Origin: Hydrolagus colliei
Lineage: Eukaryota
DNA length: 64,000 nt
Direction of reading: 5' to 3'
Assembly: GCA_035084275.1 (NCBI GenBank)
Contig: CM068742.1
Location: 154,194,001-154,258,000 of the forward strand
The first letter of the stretch is position 1, and each line of letters starts with the position of its first letter. Shown here one piece after another: positions 57,643 to 64,000 of this stretch. The position numbers and the translations under genes are program-made. The notes under the pieces are model-generated. The model saw nothing but the letters and a program-made list of their open reading frames with translations. It did no database searches and was not told where the DNA came from.

Positions 57643-60600
57643 ATGATAATATCTCAGAGGATTTCACAATGAATGTGGTAGCAACAGAGAGTGTGGGGTG
57701 GGTGGGGGAGAGAGGGGAGGAGGTGACATTAAACATGGTCGAAGATGTAGGTTTTAAGAGAAAAGGTAGGGAGATAGAGGGAAGTTCCAAAGGTCACATA
57801 GTCAAAGAAACGTAGCCATTGATGTCAGCAGATCAGTGGGAGAACAGAGTAGTGGGATCGGGCTGGAAGAGACTGAACAGAGGAAGGTGGTAGGATGTAG
57901 AGAGATTTGTGGAGGAAAGCGAGGATCTTGAAATTAATCTGAAGAAGACTAGCGGAGCCTGGCGAAGACTGGGGTAAAGGGCTTGTAGAGTTTGGTGGGG
58001 ATATAATAATAATAATATATTTGTGATACTCACAAACACAGTCAATTCACTTTACACTATATTCTGTGAAGCACTCTGACACGTCTAGACCTGAAAAGCG
58101 CTTTATCAAGTGCAAGATTAGGATTATAGCGCTTTTCATTTCTTCTAGACGTCCCAAAGCACTTCATGGAATATACTGCAAAGTGAATTGACTGTATACT
58201 TGTGGGCGAAACGCGGTAGCCAATTGCAGACGCAGTGTCCCACAAACAGTGGTGGATTGAGTGACCAAATTATTATTTGGACTGTGGGAGTTTTTGGATG
58301 GCGAGCAAGGGAAACCAGCGAGGAATACATCTGAGAGTTCCAGGGAGGTATCAAAGGCATGATTTAAATACAGGCATCTACTGCACGCACACGCGCGCAC
58401 AGCACGCACACACACACACACCCAATGACTACAAGCACACATACAGTATTTGTATCACACGTTTTATTCCAAGCTGCTGTCAGTCATAGGAAACCATTCA
58501 GAAACCACAAGCTACACTAACCACACACAAACGACCACATGAAACCTCAATAAACTAACAAGGAAAACTGATGACATCTAAACACACGATTTGTAAAAAT
58601 GTCTAATACGCACAATGGTTTCCTTTACACCACAAATGCGCTCGAAGATGGATGAAATCAATCAAAACTTACATTTATAAAGCGCCTTTCATGTCGAAGA
58701 GGACGTCCCAAGGCTGCACTGTAGTCTGGTAGGGACAAGAGCAGTGGGGAGGGGTCAGGGCTGGATGAAGGAGAGTAGGAGAATTGACTGTATATTTGTG
58801 GGTGAAACGTGGCAGTCAAATTGCGCACAGCAGCGTCCCACAAACAGCCGTGGAAGTGGGGGTTAGAAAGTGGGGAAGAGGGTAAGGGGGGGGAGAGGGA
58901 GGGAAAGGTGTGAGGGGACTAAAATCAGGGAGAAATGGGGAGAAAGGGGCAAGAGGGAAAAGGGGGGAAAGGGAGGGAGAGAAGAAAAAAGGGGATGTAG
59001 GGTTTTAAAGAGAAAAGGTAGGGAGATAGAGGGAAGTTCCAAAGATCACAGAGTCAGAGAAGCTTAGCCATTGATAGAGGAGCGGAGTGCATGTAGCTAG
59101 CCTGCGTTAGCCAGACAGTGGAGGGCAGAATACTGTAGTGGGGTCAGGAAGAGATTGGACAGAGGGAGGTGGCAGGGTGTAAAGAGATTTGTAGAGGAAA
59201 GCGAGAATCTTGAAATTAATCTGAAGAAACCAACGGAGCTTGTAGAGTTTGGTGGGGATATAATAATAATCATTGCATTTTGTTACCCACAAACACAGCC
59301 AATTCACTTCACAGTATATTCTGTGAAGCACTTTGAGACGTCTAGAAAACCTGGAAAGCGCTTTATCAAATGCAACGATTATGATGATTATAGCGCTTTT
59401 CATTTCCCCTAGACGTCCCAAAACGCTTCACGGAATATACTATAAAGTGAATTGACAGTATATTTGTGTACGAAACATGGCAGCCAATTGCACACAGCAG
59501 CGTCCCCACAAACAGAAGTTTAATACAGGCACCTATTGCATGAGTTTGTGCGCGCACACTCACACATACAATGACCGCAAGCGCACACACAGCGTTTGTA
59601 TCATACATTTTATTCCAAACTGCTGTCAGTTATGCGAAACCGTTCAGAAACCACAAGCTAGACTAACCACAGTCAAGTAAGTAAGTAAGTGACCACATGA
59701 AACCATGATAAAGCAACAAGAAAAATTTATGACATTTAACGGTTGGTAGAAGTGTCTAACACCACAATGGCTTCCTGCGCTCCACACGCCGCTGTTTACC
59801 CAACACTGTTTATTAGGGAATTGCTGGAACACTTTCCGGAGGAATAATCCCAGAAGAAAAAAAAATGGGGTCACTCAATTCACCAGTTTACAGGACACTG
59901 ATGTGCGGAATTGGCAACTGCGTTTCACGCAAAAAAATAATAAATTGGTCATTTCAAACCACCATTGTTTGTGGGACGCTGCTGTGCGCAACTGATTGCT
60001 GCGTTTCGCCCACAAATATACATTCAAATCACTTTACAGTGTATTCTGTGAAGCGCTTTAAGATGTCTAGAAGACATGAAAAAGCGCTATACCAAAGCAC
60101 GGATTATTATTATGCAGGAAATACACAATCAATCCATATTATAGTGTTCAACAATACCACATTTATATAGCGCCTTTCACATCGGGAGGACGTCCCAAGG
60201 TGCTGGACAATGTTTCAGACCCAAACTGGTGTCGGGATCGGGGGAGGATGGAGGGGATTTGGGGACCGTTGAAGAGGAGGGTCTTGAGGCGGAACTTGAA
60301 GGAGGCCAGAGAGGGGGCGAGCGGAGGGGAGGGACTCCGGGATGGAGTTCCAGAGGTTGGGAGCAGAGTGGCTGAAAGTTTGTCCGCCAATGGTGGGTCA
60401 GGTTGATCCAGTATATTCTGTGAAGCACTTTGAGATGGGATAAAGGCGCAATATCAAATGCTTGGGCTATTATTAAAGCACCTCACAGCATTTCTCCAAG
60501 GTGATTAGCCATTTTGTTGCAGGATAATATATATGAAATGAATGACCTTTCTTTTAAAACTTGGTGAGAACACCAGGAGCAGCGTGGATATCTCAAAGTG

Positions 60601-60736
60601 CTTTGTATGATTTATTGTAAATGTAGTTAGTGACTGTGCGTCAGTCAATTTGCAAAAAGTAATATCACACAGACAGCTATGCATACAGCAAGTGACCACC
60701 AAAAATTCCCCTTTCTTCAAATAATAATATACTGTA

Positions 60737-61049
60737 ATAAGAATAATCCTTGCATTTGATATAGCGCTTTTAACTTCTTCTAGACGTCTCAAAGCGCTTC
60801 ACAGAATATACTGCAAAGTGAATTGACTGTATATTTGTGGGTGAAATGCGGCAGCCAATTGCGCACAGCAGCGTCCCCACAAACAGTCATGGATTGAAAT
60901 GACTAATTTATTATTGGGTGTGTGATTTTTTTTAGGGATTATTATTACGCACAGGCACTTGGGTATATTGCCCAAGGTTTCACCCTAACCTGCCCTGGAT
61001 TTGAACTCACGTCTCTCGCTTGTCTCGCTCTAACTACTGAGTTACAGGA
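60737..61049 (-). mobile_element. Full-length tRNA-derived SINE; many further partial copies occur at 10.9, 12.8, 20.2, 22.2, 27.4, 31.2, 40.2-40.8, 42.4-43.9, 46.5-47.2 and 58-64 kb
   Basis: Reverse complement of the SINE consensus seen at 39596. Confidence 0.85.
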
Positions 61050-64000
61050 CTTCACAAATAGCGTCCACCGTCAGGCAGACGTGACCTCGGTTTTACATCA
61101 CTGTGAAAGAAGGCAACTCGAGTTGAATGACTAGTGTATAGCCTACTCTATTTGATTTCAAATTCGTAACGTAGTGATTGAACCCACTATCTTCTCAGAG
61201 CAGGGAATGCAATCAACCAACTCCCCTCTGTGTGAAGAAACACTTTCTAGTGTTTGTGCTTAATATAAGAATAATAACACTTGCATTTGATACAGCGCTT
61301 TTCACGTCTTCTAGACTGTGTCTCAAAGCGCTTCACAGAATACACTGTAAGGAGAATTTACTGTAATATATATATATCTATATTTTGTGGGCGAAACGCG
61401 GCAGCCAATTGCGCACAGGAGCGTCCCCACAAACAGTCGTGGAATATGCCCTCTGTAGCCCTGAACTGCCACCCCTTTCTCCTGCTGCCTCTGAAAGTAT
61501 TGTTCTGTGTTTATTTTGCCAGTCTCGTTTAAAATATTATATATTTATTTTAAGTCTCTCTCTCTCTCTGGAATGACTCTTTTTCAAGGCTGAAGCTTTT
61601 CCTTGAGGGAACAATGCACTCATTCTGTTACTTTCCGACAGGGACCTTATTTTTCAAAGAAATGCTTAGATTACAAGAAAAAAACGTAGAAAGAGAAGCA
61701 TATCAGTGAGCTGCACACAACCCGGGCACAAAAGAACGAAGTTCATGTTGAGATTTCAACCGTAAAATGTCTGTCATAACAATTAATATCACATATAGTG
61801 TGGACTTTACAGCAAAACATAGCAGCCATTTTATGCATAGCAAAACCCAGAAATTTTTGCTGTTTGTAGGACATTCTTGAAACAAATGACACTAAAACAA
61901 GTTGCATTTGCTTGGACACTTTGTAATATATAAATGCTGTATATATATATATACATATACACCGTATATAGAATAATAGTCCTTGCGTTTGATATATTTG
62001 TGCATTTGTGTGGAGTCCTGTAGCTCAGTGGTTAGAGCACTCGCCTCGCAACAACTTTGATTTATATATAGCGCTCTCACTCCACGCTGGACGGCGTCTC
62101 AGAGCGCTTCCTAATAACAGATCCAGGGGCTAGGGGGAGAAGGCGACCGAAAGCAGCGGTCGAAAAGAAAGGTCTGTAGCCGAGACCTGAAACTAGGAAG
62201 AGAGGGGGCGAGGTGAAGGGGGTGAGGGAGGGAGTTCCAGAGCCTCGGGGCGTAGGGGCTGAAAGCACGGTCGCCGAGGTTGGAGCGGAGGATTTGGGGA
62301 CGCGAGGAGGAGGGCCAGACCCGGTGAAAGTTGAGGCAACGGATACTCTTGTGAGGATAGAGGCTGTCAGAGGAGTGGAGGGATTTAAATACAAGTGAGA
62401 GACGGCAACCACAAAATTACAATTGCACAGCGCCTTTCACGTCAAGAGGACATCCCAAGGCGCTGGGTTCAATTCCCGGTTGGGCGAAACCTTAGGCAAG
62501 TTTCCTTCCATTACAAACATATTAATAATCCCTCAAGAAAATAAACAATTAATTGGTTACTTCAATCCATGACTGTTTGTGGGACGCTGCTGTGCATAGT
62601 TGACTGCACATTTTGCCCACAAATGAACAGTCAATTCACTTTACAATATATTCAGTGAAGCGCTTTAATAACCCTTGCATTTGATATAGGGCTTTCCACA
62701 TCTTCTAGACTGTGTCTCAAAGCGCTTCACAGAATATACTGTAAAGTGAATTGACTGTTCATTTGTGGGTGAAACGCGGCAGCCGATTGCGCACAGCAGC
62801 GTCCCCACGAAACAGCCGTGGGTTGAAGTAACCAATTCATTGTTTATTTATTTTTGACCATTTTATTATTGACCATTAATTGACCCTTTTTTTTTGGAGG
62901 GATTATTATTAGGCGAGTGGAGGAGGGGAGCTTGCACAAGGTTTTGCTTTGAGACGGCTAGAAGATGTGAAAAGCGCTACTGTATATTGAATGCAAGGAT
63001 TATTTTTATATAGCGCCCTGATCACAGCTGTGAGATGTCTGAACGGGGTTCACAGAATATACTGCAAAGTGAACTGACTGCGTATTTTGTGGATGAATGA
63101 CGGCAGCCAATTGAACACAGGCTACTGTGCTTGCAAAGCAAATCATGTTGGGCAGAAGTGCGATTTTTCCCAGTATAAGTCAGGTTGCTGAATGCAATGC
63201 ACGCAGCTTTCCACACCGACACAAGATTTCCTTTTTGCAAATCTGCAACAATGGGAATTAATTTGGAAAACTCAACAAAAAGCTGTTTTAATGAATACTA
63301 ACAATCCTTGCATTTGATGTGACGCTTTTCACGTCTTCTAGACGACACAAATTTATTTCACTTTGAAATGACTTGAGTTTTACCCACAAATGATACAGTC
63401 AATTCAATTTACAGTATATCCTGTGAAGCACTTTGAGACGTTCTAGACTCAAGGATTGTTATTTATATAAATGTACCACTTAAAATTATGAACCAAGTAT
63501 ATTTACACAGGACTTTAGTTTCACAGCAACTACTAAATAAACACCCACTACCACCAACCAACAGTAAATCTTGTGATGCTTTCTGAGACGCCCACCTGAC
63601 ATGAATGATGTGTCAGATGCAAGAAGTATTTGAACATTAGGGTCAGTGTGGTATTAAAGACTCAGTATAATTCCAGAAGGAGCAATCATTTTTTAAAAAA
63701 AAGCACTGTATACATTACGTGGTGTCGGTCCAATTAGCTTCGCTGTAAATGTTATTCACAGTTGGGCTGCTTTCAAGAGGTGCAGATAATCAACTTTTGT
63801 TATTCACAGTTGGCTGCTTTCAAGAGGTGCAGATAATCAACTTTCTTTGCGACCGTTACATTTGCCTCCATTACCGTAGTCAAACCAATCCTAAATTCAG
63901 GGCTTCACACAGATTACTATTAATCATAATAAGAATCCACTAAAAAAAATAAATTGGTCAATTCAATCCACGACTGACTGTTTGTGGGGACGCGTGCCGT

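Noticed and set aside
63751-63844. ~48-bp direct duplication
   Set aside because: Real but only two copies, with no further structure.

Overview
Repeat-dense vertebrate genomic DNA, not prokaryotic. The CR1 and L2 LINEs, an L2-tailed tRNA-derived SINE and Penelope-type remnants point to a cartilaginous fish, possibly a chimaera (inference). Two spliced genes are visible on the minus strand. (1) At 2.9-8.9 kb, a SIGLEC15-like Ig receptor with a leader exon present in three copies, a Siglec-15-type V exon carrying two compensating 1-nt frameshifts, and a second intact V-set exon, giving an unusual V-V layout. No C2 or TM exon was found. (2) At 37.6-55.8 kb, PIAS2 coding exons 2-9, all with GT-AG sites in consistent phase. 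Exon 2 has a 1-nt deletion, and the two N gaps cut exons 2 and 9. Between the genes (12.5-37.3 kb) is a mosaic of five paralogous modules, each carrying a ~184-bp hairpin. Three modules also carry exon-like cassettes of an unrecognised gene, one cassette type interrupted by an 84-bp MITE. PIAS2 intron 2 holds a recent imperfect triplication with a Tigger-like element that contains a minisatellite. Most long ORFs in the supplied track are LINE fragments or microsatellite artefacts. Repeat boundaries are approximate; exon boundaries were counted by hand.
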